DNA of 64,000 bases from Nymphaea colorata (GCF_008831285.2 NC_045138.2:14570001-14634000); one strand, 5' to 3'; numbered from the stretch's first letter, positions 43,698 to 58,042 are shown. Program-made: numbers and translations. Notes: a model not told the origin generated them from the letters alone.

Positions 43698-45505
43698 ATG
43701 TGTGCACGTGTGTGTGTGTGTATATAAATAGAACTATGAAACATGAAAACACTGTAGGCCATTAAATCATTTAAAGGCTGTGATATAAAAATAGTTTTGC
43801 AAAGTGAAAGTGCTCCCTATCTACTCAAGGTCTCAAATTAGTGCTATATATAAAGAAGGATGGAGTGTTACCATAACTATAACCATCTTTTTTTCAAGAA
43901 AGAGGAGATTTGGACCCAAATTCTTGTAGGACCAGTTAAAACGGTTTAACTGGTCCTACTCATTTCACATAACATACATACATGCATAGCCCAAATTCAA
44001 AATGGCATGCCTCATCCTAGATTACCTCCACACACATAAAATTGATGGCACGGATAATGTTTGATCAGGAGTGTACCAGTCAGTGATAAAGCAAATGAAG
44101 AAAAAGAAGTATCAAGCTTGCAGATCAGGCTTATTTGATAGAACAGATGGAAATGGCCAAAGAAAGAGGAGACCAACCATAATATGTCATTGGAGATCAA
44201 ATTCAGCTATGGAACATGTTGTTAACTTGTTATCCATAGATGTAAGTTTTAACATCAGATGGTGATATTGATGCTAGAGATTGGGTTGGTAAAAAGTAGT
44301 GGCAATGAAGGTGATACTTGTGGTGGAGGTGGTGGTCAGTGGCAGGAGCAAAGGTAGTGACATTGGTGGCAAAATCATGTAATGATCTGGCATTGGTGAC
44401 AACAAAAATAGCAGTGATGACAGGGAGGTTGTGATGGTGGTGATAAAGAAAGATTGTGATTATGTTGGTGGCAATGTTGTAGAAGTAGACAGCAATGGTG
44501 GTGAACTTAGTTGTTAAGGCTATTACAAAATATTTTTTTTTTTGCTCTTATGAGGATTCCATGTTACGTTATTTACAATGTAAGAACAAATGGGATAGTT
44601 TTCCACGTAATCACTAGCAACATTTTCTACTAGATCTTAAGAAGGCTTGGCAAGGAAAATTTTGCGAAAAGTGACATGGGACACAATAAGTGTCTTATCA
44701 GGGATCTAAAGGAATGAAGTGTTGAGTTATTATAATTCCAAAAAGGTAAATGGCAGAGCCAAAACAATAAAAGTACGCATGTTTCACGTTCCTAGGACTA
44801 TACGAAGGGATTAGCCAATAAAGTGCTAATGACATAACCAGCCCTACATTGTTAAAGATACCATACAAGCGAGACTAAGCAATAAAGTGCACCCACAAAT
44901 ATTTTTACTTGAGTTGAGTTCATAACGGTTTGAACTTTGAACTGTGTAATCTCCAATTACAGAGATTGGTAAAGCAATTTGATAAATTTAGTTTGTGAGA
45001 ATCATACATGGAAACTTCACATTCATCAGTCATTGATAAACAGTTTTTGGGGCAAGAATTTTGGAGCAATAAATTTATCAACAGCATTGCAGTGGAGTAC
45101 CCAAATAGCAACAACATTGCAGATGACCCATTGATCACCAAAATTCAATGTAAGAAGAAAATAACCTGATATTCAAGTAAGGGTTTCACACACTTTGGCT
45201 TGCAGGATTCTTCAAGATACTTCTTTGGATCCACAATCTCCTCATCAGCCCTGGATTCAAATAAAACACAAGATTGACGAGCTTACTTCAGTTTCCAGGA
45301 CACGTATTTAACTGCAACACAACAAGACAAGGCAAAACCTTTTATAACAGCCAACATGTTTTCACGTTGGTTGTCCGTCAGTTTTTTTTTTTTAGGGGGT
45401 GGGTGGGAGGGGGGGGGGGGGGGGGGGGGGTGGCTGTTATCTAGACTTTAAATATTCAATAATGTAAGTGAAATGATACGAATAAGGGGAGAAGAGTACT
45501 CACAT
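43139..45505 (-). CDS. QCR6: Cytochrome b-c1 complex subunit 6 (hinge protein), 69 aa; exons 45505-45504 (AT), 45250-45166, 43347-43258, 43171-43139
   Basis: MADEEIVDPKKYLEESCKPKCVKPLLEYQACIKRVQGDDSGHKHCTGQYFDYWSCIDKCVAPTLFAKLK*; all GT-AG; likely non-coding first exon near 46490-46600. Confidence 0.94.
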
Positions 45506-46687
45506 TGCAATATAAGTTCTACCTCGAGTGAGCAAGAACAATAAGGCTTATGAACTTCACCTGGATCGTAGAAATTATTAGATCCTTGAAGAGAGACTAC
45601 TGCAACACCAAGAAAAACAGGCCTGACACTAGCTATCTTTTTCCTGACATATAGGTCAATGCACGCTTCGAGGTGCTTGTGTTGGTTGAAGATATTGAGA
45701 AGGTTTCCCGCTTAAGCCATCAACAACTTCTATTATTTAGATGCATCCGCAAGACCATTTCAAGTCAAAATCATCTCTCAAACATTCGGCATGCATTTAT
45801 AAACTCACAAATAGCTGCTCAACTACCGATACTCATTATGGAAGCTGATAAGCTCGTCCCCCCAACCAAACGACCGAAAAATTATGCTGGATTTCCTACT
45901 CAGTGACCAACTTAAAAGTCTAACATACAAAAAGAAGCACGAACACTCAGATTCATGTCATCACACAACAAACACGCTGATGAGAAAACAAACAATAAAA
46001 CGAAGAACAGGCGAAGACACGCCCACATTCTTTGTCTCCAAAAGAGCTACAATTGCCAGCGGCTCCAAAACTATCAAGAAGGACAGAAGCAGCAAAAGAA
46101 ACAACAATGAAACTAAACACGGGCCTCAAAATCTCAAAAAATAAGAGACAAAAAGGAAGAAAAGAGATACCCCAGTTGATCAACGAAAGAATCCAATTAA
46201 CAACACCAAACCGTAAGGGAAAACACAGCACCCAGACGTGGTCAGGTAGATACACACAAATCAGGTATACGAACAATCAAGAAAAAACTAATTGAAATCA
46301 AAGACTGAAACAATTTGAGGGTCATAACCAGAAGAGGATGGATCAGAAGAAAACGATAGAAAAAATGTAGGGCAAAAAAACAACCAAAAGATACTGATCC
46401 CTCCTGATCAATCAGGAAGAACAAAATGAAACAGAGGAAACGGAAGCGCAAAATATAGTAGGAGAAAACGAAATCATTCAACCATACTAACCAGGTGAGC
46501 TGGTGCGCTGAACCGGAGAAGGGTAGCGACCGGAGAACCGAGGGAAGGGAGATATTGACCAACGGCGGGGACGCGAAGAAATGGGAGGGAGCGACGTAAA
46601 GAGTTCGGGTCCAAGCTGCAACCCGATTTGATGTTCCTTGGTCTGTTAAAACGTTTGAATGGCAAACATTCCAGTAAGAATTTTGTA

Positions 46688-46960
46688 GGTAGGGTTTGGA
46701 TGATCCATTAAAAAAATATTATTGGTTTTTTAAAACTAACTTTTAAAAAAATTAGTTTTGAAAAAATTAGTTTATGTTTTTGGATATAGGAACAAAATCA
46801 CATTTTTTAATAAACTTGGGGTGTCATGTGATTCACTCTTTTTTCGAAAAAAAAAATTATGCTAAAAATAAGTTTTGGCGAAATATTTTTTTTGTCATCA
46901 AACACGGTTGAAATAGCATTGTAGAATTTGTTGGATTTTGGGTGTCATCCAAATGCTCCC
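46688..46960. mobile_element. MITE-like element (Tourist/PIF-like) upstream of QCR6
   Basis: Imperfect TIRs ...TTTGGATGA / TCATCCAAA...; related GTTTGG/CCAAAC-containing pieces at ~4480-4600, ~12180-12410 and ~21210-21365. Confidence 0.45.
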
Positions 46961-49522
46961 TTAGCTTCTGTGAATTGAATTCAATTCTTAAAAAAAAAAA
47001 AAATGAAACTGCATGACCGTGTAAATTCAAATAGTCAACAAGAGATTGCATTTAATTAATCATGGGGTGCAGATATTTGAATGGAACTTTTCTCACTAAA
47101 TCCAATAAGTATATGCGGGAAACAAATCCAATCAATATTTGATTTTGAAGGATATCTGACACGAAAAAATTACATTAGTTATATTCAAATTTGATCCTAA
47201 TTCTGACTGAAATCGAGCAATATCAGGAAATTTGAATCCAGGATCCTTCTCCATCCGATTTGCTTATCGCTTTCTTGAATTCATCAACCATGTTTGCTTT
47301 TCATTATCGTTTTATGTACTGATAACTGTCATTTGATAACTGTCATTTGATGAGTGAATCCATGAAATAAAACGAGCCTATACTATGAGCTCCTAAACCC
47401 CAAGACGAAGCTCAAGGGAAGGGGGGAAACATTCAAAGAAGAGGAGGATTCCCCGACTTCTTAAATAAGGAAATCGAAAGTGTTAGTTCATATATTAACT
47501 CAATTCCAACAATATCAATTACCATTATTTCTCCTTTCGCACTTAGTCTAGGGGGTGCTTGCTTCATAAGAATACTGTGTTACTGCCTCATAAGTATGTC
47601 TCAAAGATTGGCATGTTACGTACAAAAATATGGGAGAACAGAGCTGTTCTCCCATGTTTAAAACTGGCTGTGAGGAGATACATCGGGGCTGGTGCATAAC
47701 GCTGCACACACTAAACCCAATAAAAATCTCATTGGAAGACTTAAAAATTACAGTGTGATAACTCAAAAATTCAATGGGCTGCCCACATCAGTCCTGGCCT
47801 GATAACTGAAGACTGCCCCTCAACCAAAAAAATCCTGGCTCCCCCACAGAAAACTGGCTCAAGTTATTTAAAGACAAAATTGAAATCGTTTAGATAGACT
47901 TATTATTTCCTGCAGCAGATGATTAAACTGAGACCTGCATTTCAAGACAAGGACTTGAGAACAATTCAGGGAACCCGTAGAGCTTTTGCAATTACCTGGG
48001 GATGATTACAGGGCCTTTAAATGCTTGGTGGATATTGCAGCAACTTGGGTTTCCTTCTTACAACTACATTGGCAAGGGCATAGAATGGTATTTATCACAA
48101 AGGCCGTTTTTCTTTAGACAGGTGAGGTGATGAATAACGTGTAGAAGATTTAATAATTTGCTCTCTATGAATAACTTTTGAAAGGTGGTCTTGCTGATAA
48201 CATACAGAATAGCTACATATTCTGCTCATGACAGGTCAAATGTCCATAATCTGGCAAGGCGTGTGGCTCCTAATCAGTAATCACATTAACTTTTTCTCTC
48301 CTGGAAACATGCCATAACATCATCCTTTATCTATAGAATATAAGAATTATGAAGGTTTTAGAATCTCATTCCTTTGTTGATCTTCTCAGACCTTCAGTAC
48401 GTTTCGTCAAGCAACAAGATGGACCCTACGTCCGAGAATGAAAAGAAAAAGAAAGAATGATTATTATAAATTAGAAGTAAATTGGAAGTTTAATATATAG
48501 AGAAATATCTCAGGTATTAAAGAACTGTAAGGTTCTTTTGTTCACATTGTTCCACTGAGGTAGGCCAAAATAACCAATGAGGAAATAATGCCATGGGTGG
48601 AGGATCAGCATTGCAACTAAAAGGATTTGTATTTATAGATTGTAGTCACTGACAAGACCATTAAAAAGTACAAGTTAGACAACTTAGACTGCAGCAACAT
48701 CAGCATGTACCTTGGTTGCTAATTTTGCACAAGGAGCACTAATGTCAGAAGGGGCACGGAGCCTGCTTTTTCAGGAGGAAGAAATGCTTGAAAACATGCA
48801 TGTACAGCTAGCTTTTTCCACTAATTTTGGACTACAGGAGGGTTGCGTTGCTTCCAACTCATGTAATTAGTAAAAGTTAATGAATTCCTAAAGCTAGCAT
48901 GTTTCACAAACTTACGGAACAAATAGAAGGAATATCAGAGATCAACTTACATGTTTGCAATCCCCTTCGAGTCTTAAGATATAAACATCTAAGTGCACCT
49001 AATGGCATCGTATGCTGCTCTAGCAAAATCTACTTTTTTCACAAATCTGCAATATCCCAGCTAAACAAAAAATACAAGCTAAACAAGTTAGGCTCCAACC
49101 AATGGGAAGGCAAATTCCAATTCTACGTATGAAGCAAATATTTGGGACATGACAAATTTTCTCTTCTACCTTCTCATGCATCAGGACATGAAATAAGTAT
49201 AACATATTTTACAGGAAATATCATTACTTTCTACGTACTTTAAACATTTTAATCAGTTAAACACCGAGGGAAAACATAAAAGATTTGTTAATCAAAAACA
49301 CTTGCATGTGTGTGGGTGTAAAACAGTAATACTTGAAGAAATGCAACTGCTGCAGTCAAAACAACCGAGGCAAAACATACAGCAACTTCTGCAGTCAAAA
49401 AACTATGATGCAGAAAATACAGGAACTTTTGGGATCAAAAACGATCAGAGATTCAGAAGCACAAAATAGCTACAATGTTTTCTTGGATGGAACAAAAGCA
49501 ATGGACTAATGGTCGTTCCAGA

Positions 49523-51775
49523 CTATGATAACATTGGTGCAGAGCCAGGTTCTGTCTCAGGTGATTCAAAAGGGATTGGTTTTCTTGGTGCAGGCAAACG
49601 GCCAATACTGTCAACCTTATCCCGTTGCTTTGGTGGCGGTCTTGCTGGTCTTGGTAACAGCCTTCCCTTCTTCTCGAACCATTCTGGCTTGAGCAGTGCA
49701 CGGAAGCCTAACTTGTTGTAGTAAACCTTCCTCACTGACCCACCTGCAGCTTCTACTGCTTCTTTTGCTCTGACTGTTACCCTTGACACCTGAATACATT
49801 TCATGAATGAGGAATGAGCTAATTGCTCCAGCAAGCAACAGCTAAGTGTACCATTATTACTTTCGACATGCCATGGTTACACATATGATTGACTATTAAA
49901 AGTGCTTCCTATTACATATAAATACTTTTCAGCTTTTTTCTCACTTTAATAGCAAAGAAAAACTATGATATACTACAGTGTCCGGTATTATCAGTTTTTT
50001 TTTTTGTGTGTGCACCCATGTGTTTTGTGAGTGTCTATGTTCAAACACATTAAAATTAAACGACGGCCTAGGGAGCAGTTGATAGCCAGGTCAAAATTTT
50101 CAGGCCTACTTTTTGTTGAAGTTTTCCACCCCGTACAGGTTGTCATCAAGGGAAAAGAAAACCTGGATGAATTTTTTCGTTGGTTTCATAGGCCAACAAA
50201 TAAAGCATTTCCAAAATTTCACTTGGAGCTACAAGCTCTGACCATCTATCTTGAAAAAATTTCAAACGCCACAAGCAAATGTCCCCTTATCGAACCATTT
50301 TTTGTCAAATGAATTAGAAAAGAGGCATTAATATGAATTTCAGAATGAGTTTGCTGTCTAAGCACGTCATGAAGCACCTGAACTGAATGCCCTATGTCAT
50401 ATCAAAACATCATCCTAGACATGTGTCCCTCATTACACACATGGATGCATGCTCAGTCATGATATCAACATTCGTCACAATTGTTCCGATGTTTTTTCAA
50501 ATTTGCAAGTGGAACCGCTAAGCTGTTTGTCCATGTATCAAACTGGCTCAATGTCATATTGGTAACCCATGAAAAATTACAGAAGCCCGTGAATCCCACG
50601 ACAAAACCATAGGCAAAGATGGGATTATAGCTCCCACACTTTGCCCGAAACCATTGCCTTCTCAAAGGAACCTCCGATGTGTGTTTGACTAATTTGTGGA
50701 TTAGCACCATCACTAAATGTGCTTAATAGGTTTCTATATTCTACTTCCTTCAAGTCCACGTAATGCGTACTTTAGTTATCGAAACAATCATCAATCCCTT
50801 TTCTCAAACTGGAATGCTTAGAATGTCATATACATATGCCAAAGGCTAAAAAGTGTCAAATTTTGAGTTTGCTTACCTCAAGGTGGATAGGCCACTTGAT
50901 ATGTTCAGCACCGCGTCCCATCAATCTTACACCATCTTCTATCTGCTTTCCAATGGCACCAGCATCCTGCAAATTGGAATACTGAGACGTGTATTTTCCA
51001 ATTAACCAACGTGATGCAGAAGATGGGAGATAGGAAGCAAGCGTACCTTCAAGGTCTTCATTGTTATCAACTCTGAGGAATCAATCCGGCCGAGATTTAT
51101 GAGTTTTGCAATCTTTCCCAAGCCAACTGGCTATTTTATGAGCAGAAGATACAAGGCATCTTAGAAATACTTTACAGGGCATTCATAATATAATTCAGCA
51201 TCATACAGATGATGAGTGAAAAGAAATTGAATACAGTTGGCTGAAAATCGACTACCCAGAATAACAAACCCTGAGAAAGCCCCATATGAACAGAATTAAG
51301 ATAGAACAAACAGAATGAATGAAGAACCACAGCAAGGAAAAGCGAAAAGGAATGCCTGAAACGTCAAACTGAAGGGATTTTTGAATCCTCTCTTGGGCAG
51401 CCTTCTCCTCAATGGCGTCTGCCCACCTTCGAAGCCGAACTTCATCGTCCCCCTGGCCTTCTGTCCCTTGTGTCCCCTTCCCGCGGTCTTCCCCTTCCCA
51501 GATCCAATACCTCTCCCTTTCCTCGTTTTCTGCTTCCTCGATCCCTTATTATCTCTGAGATCATTCAGGCTCAGGAGGCTACTGTACGACCTAAACCAAC
51601 CACCAGAAAGAATGGGGTTTCTGGGTATCAGCGGAGAGTCGGGGACTCCATTGTTGGTGGATGACGGCAACGTGCTCTGCACTCTCAACTTCAAAAATGA
51701 TGAAGAAGAAGAAGGAGGATGAAGAGGATTTAGTAGAACCCGTAACGTGGGCGATAGTCTCCTCCACATTGCCAT
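49523..51775 (-). CDS. RPL15: Organellar (mitochondrial-type) ribosomal protein uL15, 286 aa; exons 51775-51356, 51130-51047, 50966-50877, 49789-49523
   Basis: [24 protein letters not shown]...[18 protein letters not shown] and AVEAAGGSV; Arg/Ser-rich presequence; intron 1 is GC-AG; exons sum to 861 nt. Confidence 0.93.
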
Positions 51776-53405
51776 TCTTCCCCCACTTCTGTCACCGAAG
51801 GACGAGGTTATTCCCCACCGTGAATTAGGAGACGGAGAACACGCCGAGGCTGCGGGTTCGAAAAGGGAGAAGATGAAGAGACCTAGAAACTAATTCCGGG
51901 ATCGCGTCCTCGTACCTGAGTCTCTCTCAGTGAGAAGGTTGTCCGGAGTGGAGATTGCCACTGATGCGAGTGGCGACCAGGACGATCTCATTGAGCTTGA
52001 GCCTTCTACCCTTCCCATCTTCCCCACAAAAATCGCGATATTTTCTAAAATACGGTTTCTCTCAGAAGCCCATCAGAAAATATCGGCCAGTGTAATTCAA
52101 CAAAAGCGTAATACTATTAATCCAGAAACCTAGCCACCTCATTTTGGCATGTAAATTTACAATAATTTCACATTACTCGCTGCTTTAAAAAGTTCCTCCC
52201 ATATTCTTGTTTAGTTCCTGAAAATATCTGTGTTTTAAATTAATGATATTTACTTCCAAGGAGAAAGCTATGTTTTTTACCGGCCTTTTAGGGTTTTAGA
52301 ATGGTCCCACAGGCGGGTCTGACCTGTGGTGTGGTCGATTCAGGTCCCAAGTAAGAAAGAAATGTATGTGCCCCTAATTCCAAGTATGAACTTTGCCTTT
52401 TTAAATGTCTTGATATGGGCCTTTGATCGCCAACAAATATACATCCTTTTTTCTCCGTGAAAATAAAATAGAACGGGGAAGTAGAAACTATCAACATCTC
52501 AAGGCTATGAATGTGCGCATCGGTCACAATATGTGATGTCCATCAGGAAATTCAACCAGGGAATGAATGCAGCGATACTGGCATCCCAGTTTATACAATT
52601 CCTGTTCTGTTTATGAACCACATTTCAGGTTGAGTTTGTATTTTTTGGTGTAAAGATTCAACGTATTCTCCATTACATTCTGCAAAAAGAGAAGCACAAA
52701 AAGTTCAGGATGACATTCCGCAGTATGATTAAGCAAATGATCGCTTAGTTTGCATGTCATTTTACCACTCAGTGTTTACAGAGCAAGGAACATGTCAATG
52801 GTCCACAGATTTCATAAACTCCACAAGAAATGGATAACAAACGCACTTTGAATTGCAGGGTACCATTACCAATTGATTTAGACCGAAATGATTTAGTTCT
52901 GCAAGCATAACACCTAACTTCTGTTTCAAGAATGAACTCATTCTAACCAATGACAAAGCCTTATCGAGAAACAGCATCAGAAACTCCAATATCGGCAAAC
53001 AGCAAATTCATACTTAAATTCTAGTTGCAAAAATCTCTCCCAGACACTAACGTGATTCAAGCTGGTAACTCTGCTCATAAATCTGCGCCTTTCCATGAAC
53101 ATTGTTCACCAAATCATTGACGTGTGCAGAATTGACGAAACAAACTCCACAGACCGACAGACCAATCCCTTCCATAACGTGGTTCATGTTGCCTCTTTTC
53201 ACCTACTCATTCAATAACATCAAGTCTGTAGGAACCCTGTTGATCATAGTAGACATTCCTTTTCTCCAGACCACTTTCTTTTTCCTCGTTGAAATGTTTT
53301 CTTTTCTAAATCATATGGTCCCCTTGCACCACCATGCATCTTCGGGAACAAAAAAGTTATGGATAAACCCAATTAGTTCACGACACATAAACACCTATAT
53401 TTCTT

Positions 53406-54638
53406 CTATGGCAAATTGCTGGAGAGATCTCTCAGAAATGACCTCGTTTCTTCATCTTTGTACAACCCCTCCTTCCATCCATCAAACTCTTTCCTTTGTG
53501 ATTGAATTACCGACCGCTCACTCCCTGAGACAGCCGAAACCAAACCCTTCTTCCGCTTCTTCTCCAAGTTCGCCAAATGCCGTCGCCTATTGTACTCGTG
53601 GAGACCCTCCTGCATCAATTCCCCAAACTTCTCTTTCACGACTACCAGGGGATCCTTGTCGATCAACTCCGATCCAGAGTAACCCTCCCTCAGTACCACA
53701 GTGTGTCTCAGGTACCGATTCGACACGTAGAAGATGGCCGGATGCTTCATGAGAAATGGTCCAAGTTTTTCCGGCAACGCAAACTCCCTCCTAAAATGCC
53801 CTAATTTGACAATCGATGCCTTCTTCCACAGAGTCGAGGAAAGCAACTCGTGAATGAGCCCCACCGCCCTCTTCTCCATCTCCTTCACCCCCAATTCTCC
53901 GACGTCAGCATAGGGCGACACGTAGGGAGAAGAATTGAACTCCCTGAACCGATCCAACGACTTCCCCCAGGTCTCCGGCAGAAACCCCCGGAAGGCCGGC
54001 GTCGTCCCCCGCGCCCTGGCCCACGCCTCGACGGCGGAGATTGAGAAATCAGGGTTCCAGGAGGCGAGCTCGATCTCCAGGTTGCTCCTCCTCCCGGTGT
54101 AATTGACGATCCTGAACATTTCCGGATATTTCGGGATAATCCTGACGAGATAGTCGTCCGAGAAGCCAAAATTCCTCTTCAGCTCGGCGAGTTTCACGGC
54201 ATTGATCCGGCGGTGCACGGACATCATCAGCAGCCTGGCGAGTTTCTCGGCCATTAGAGGCTCCCGGGCGTCGCGGACGAACTCCTCCTCTTCGACAAGA
54301 GCATTCATTCGCTTAGTCAGGCGGCAGAGGAGCTCGCCTCCACCCCCGGCTTCGGAGGAGAAGACGTCGAAGCAGCAGGGGTATTTGCGGAGCCAGTTGA
54401 GGGCCTTCCCCTGGAGATCGAGGGTCTTGAAGCGCTTCTGAATTGATTGGACGGTAACGACGCCGTCGGGGCTGCGTAGGATGATGTTTTTGAGCTGGTT
54501 ATTGACGATCCACCGGCGGTTGCGGGAGAGGGCCGCCTCGAGGGCGGGGTCCTTCTTCATCGACCAGGGTCCGGTGCCGGAGGAGGAGAAGTCACGGCCC
54601 TGCCGGAGAAACCGCGCTCGCAGAGCTACCGTCCTCAT
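53406..54638 (-). CDS. PORR-domain (DUF860, WTF1/RPD1-like) organellar RNA-binding protein, intronless, 410 aa
   Basis: KLARLLMMS, FGFSDDY, PYVSPY, EKRAVGLIHELLS, KHPAIFYVS, TVVLREGY motifs; short Arg-rich targeting peptide. Confidence 0.92.
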   Translation of the reverse strand: MRTVALRARFLRQGRDFSSSGTGPWSMKKDPALEAALSRNRRWIVNNQLKNIILRSPDGVVTVQSIQKRFKTLDLQGKALNWLRKYPCCFDVFSSEAGGGGELLCRLTKRMNALVEEEEFVRDAREPLMAEKLARLLMMSVHRRINAVKLAELKRNFGFSDDYLVRIIPKYPEMFRIVNYTGRRSNLEIELASWNPDFSISAVEAWARARGTTPAFRGFLPETWGKSLDRFREFNSSPYVSPYADVGELGVKEMEKRAVGLIHELLSSTLWKKASIVKLGHFRREFALPEKLGPFLMKHPAIFYVSNRYLRHTVVLREGYSGSELIDKDPLVVVKEKFGELMQEGLHEYNRRRHLANLEKKRKKGLVSAVSGSERSVIQSQRKEFDGWKEGLYKDEETRSFLRDLSSNLP

Positions 54639-55718
54639 CCTCCGCCGCCGCCGAGTCTTTCACTTACTTCTTCCGTTCGTACGATTTCCGGGACGGAAAC
54701 GACGAAGCACGGACAGCGGGAAGCATAGCAGCAAACGGCGGCAAGGAACGATGGCGCGAGCAGAGCGTCAACGGGTCGGAGCCGAAGAGTATACAGATAC
54801 ATCCAGATTCATATCAATGGAGACTTAACCGTTCCGAATCCAGCCAGATAAGATTCGGTATCCCGATAAATATATGTTAGATATAGGATGTTTTTCTTAA
54901 ATTGCATTTAAATCCAAATTCAAATCTGATCGCATATTTGCTGAAAATTAAATCCAAATCCTAATATAATTTAGATGTCATTTCTTAAATCTGAATCACA
55001 TGTGATTTGATGATAAGATATTACATTTACATATAATCGTTGAAGACAATTGAGGTCTACACCTAACAGGAATGTTTGTATTAATGGTCCATTTCAAGCA
55101 TAGATAATAACACTTTTGCTATGTATATATATTACATTGTATTAGTTAATCAACAATGTCAATTAGTATAAAGTCATTGTACAATGAAAGATGTGTAAAC
55201 AAGATGCTTTTAGTTAGAAAATTAACATGTTAAATGCATTTATGAGATGCCAAAAACTTCGTATATTATTTGGCCATAGGCTAATATATAATAACATTTT
55301 TATAAAGATTTTTTTATACGTTTAAACATACAAAATGTATCTATAAGATTATATATATATTTGGTGACAAGAAGCATACAGTGTGTAAATAAGATCTGAT
55401 CCAGAGTCATCTCTACCCTTACTTGTGGTGGCCTGGACGGTCAAGATGTAATTCTAGATGAGCCGTCACCGGTTCGGCCAATCAGGAGATGTGGGGATGT
55501 CCCATTCCCTGTGAATATCATTTTATTTTGCCGAAGCAACTGCTGTGCATTAAACCAATGCACCATTCTTTTTCAAAGTCTTCAATGCCAATGAATACTT
55601 GGCGTCTCACTGTGTCTCCCACTCGCTTCTTCCTCTTCTTCTTCTTCTTCTTCTCCGGCTGCTGTCTTCTGTCAACCCTTTCTGGGGCTTGACACCATTG
55701 TTGGGGCTAGGTATCACC

Positions 55719-58042
55719 ATGGCCACAAAGCTTCCTGGAACACCAATAAGGCCCTGCCATGTGTCGGCCAATAGGATGACGATGCAGAGGATGAGATGTA
55801 GCAGAGGAATCTCAGCCACCCATTTCAAGAGATGGGGCTATGCGGGAAGAGAGCGGATAGTTGCAGGAAGCAGAAGGGGACTTGCCATTAGAGCCGAGGA
55901 TGGAAGCTCTAGCGCTGCTGTGGCGGATGAGGGGCAAGGAGCAGGAGTCGTCCCGGAGTACAGGAGTCCTGCTGAAATCAAGGAGGCTCTGTATCACTCA
56001 CTACAAGGTACGCCCTCCCTTTTATCCGTCTCATTGAAAGAGAGAGAGAGAGAGAGAGGAAAGACAAATTTGAGAATTTGGTATTCATCTAATTGAATTA
56101 AAACAGGATTCTAGAGGAAATTTTGCATACATTTCTGGACTGATAGTTGTAGTTGTGAGAGAGAGAGAGAGAGAGGGAGAGAGATTCAAATGTCAGAATT
56201 TGGTATTTATCTGGTTGAATTAAAACAAAGTTCCATAGGAAAGACTGGGATCCTTCTGCTCCATTTCTCGATTCAAAGTTGTGAGTGGGAGAAAGAGAAG
56301 GGGAGAGACTGAAATTGAGAATTTGGTGTTTATCTGGTTGAGTTAAAACAGGAATCCAGGGAAGACTGCATCTAGCTGCAAAGTTGCAGTTGAAGAGTGT
56401 GAGAGATTTGAAAGTTTGGTTTTTTATCTGATTGAGTGAAATCAATATTCTAGAGGAAAGGAAGAAAAAAATGCGACTCTTTTACAACACTTCCAATTGT
56501 GATTCAATTAAGGCCTTCGATGAACACAGAGAGAGACACAAAGAGAGAGGGGGAGGATTCAAAAGGAAACTGAGAATCTGGTCTTCATCTGATTGTCAGA
56601 AATAGGAACCTAGTTGACAGAGAAAAGAATGCAACTTTCCTGTACGTGGAGTTATAGTTGATTCACTGAAACATTCAAGAAGGGAAAAGCACAGATCTTT
56701 TCCAGAAAGACCAAGTTGGTGTGAAGTGGATAGAACTCCCTTTTGGCTCTTCATCTTCTTCTGTCTGGTTGCAAAGAAATTTCTCAGTTGTCAAAATCAT
56801 CAAGATCTGGTCGCCATATTTCAAAGACTCAAATCTCAAAACTTAGAGATGTCTGATTTTCTCAAGATTTTACATCTTTGTAGTGATACTAAAGCGGTAA
56901 AACTCTAATGTGAATCAATATATTTACATTTTTCCTGTAATCTTTCGTACCAAAAACAAAAATATTGCAACGACATTCACGCTACGAATGGCAGAGCGAG
57001 AAAAGAAAATAAGTCTGATAGCGACAAAAGCAGTTAGAATTCCAAAAAGACGATATGTTTATATATGTGTTTTTTACAATATATAAGCCAAGGTTAAGGG
57101 AATCCCTTGACCTCTTTCCGGTCCACCTCCTAATTAACCTCCCAATTATGTGGACACTTGCCGTATCGGCTTGACCACTGAAACGGCATACTGGCCGATA
57201 CCCATTGTCAGTATCGGTTTGATGCTGATTTTAATTTTCAATTTTTTAAATTAAAAACAGTTTAAAATATTATAATTATTAAAAATAAAATTTAATGTAA
57301 GCCCATACACCGGCTCGGATTGATTGGTCAGGACCCACATATGGCGCTACCAACAATTCCATTTGTCCTGAAAGCTTATGTATGTGGACCAGAAAAATTT
57401 TGGAAAAGTATTTAAAAATTCCCATAAATCAATTTTCATTAAATTTATATCTACAACTATTGTTTCCCCCGCCAACAATGGTAAACAATTTTCATGTTTT
57501 TATTTTCTTCTTTTACAATTTTCATGTTTTTATTTTCTTCTTTTTTATCGATTAAATAAGTCCATCCAAAAAGTGGTCGCATGTGAAGGAAAGGATAATA
57601 GTATTAACAGTAACAAGGAGCAGTTCTCACGTTTTTTTTTTTTTCATTTTTAAAATTAAAAAATGGAGCAAAGGTGAAATGATGAAAATGTGACCGAGAG
57701 GACAAAGCGTTCTGCTCCTGTCTGCACCTTTTTCTATTCCAATACATTTTATTCATTTAACAAAAAAGTAGAAAACATAGCGTAGTACCATTAGATTATG
57801 ACTGGAGAGTTATGATTTATGTACTTTATGAGGGAAGTTAAATACCGAAATACCAACTTAATATACAGTAATATGTACCAAAATATACATAAAAACGGTC
57901 CATGAGCTATGTGGACTACGTAAACATAAAAAATGTTTGAACTTGAGTTAGTTGATGATTCACAAGGTGCCACGTTTAAATTAATTTGATGAAAAAAGTG
58001 TATCACAAATATATTTTAATTTCGAAAAGTAATTTTACCCAT

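Noticed and set aside
48127..48197. Possible C/D snoRNA (GTGATGA...CTGA)
   Set aside because: No convincing terminal stem or rRNA-complementary guide.
53102..53752. 216-aa plus-strand ORF
   Set aside because: Antisense shadow of the PORR gene with a non-ATG start.
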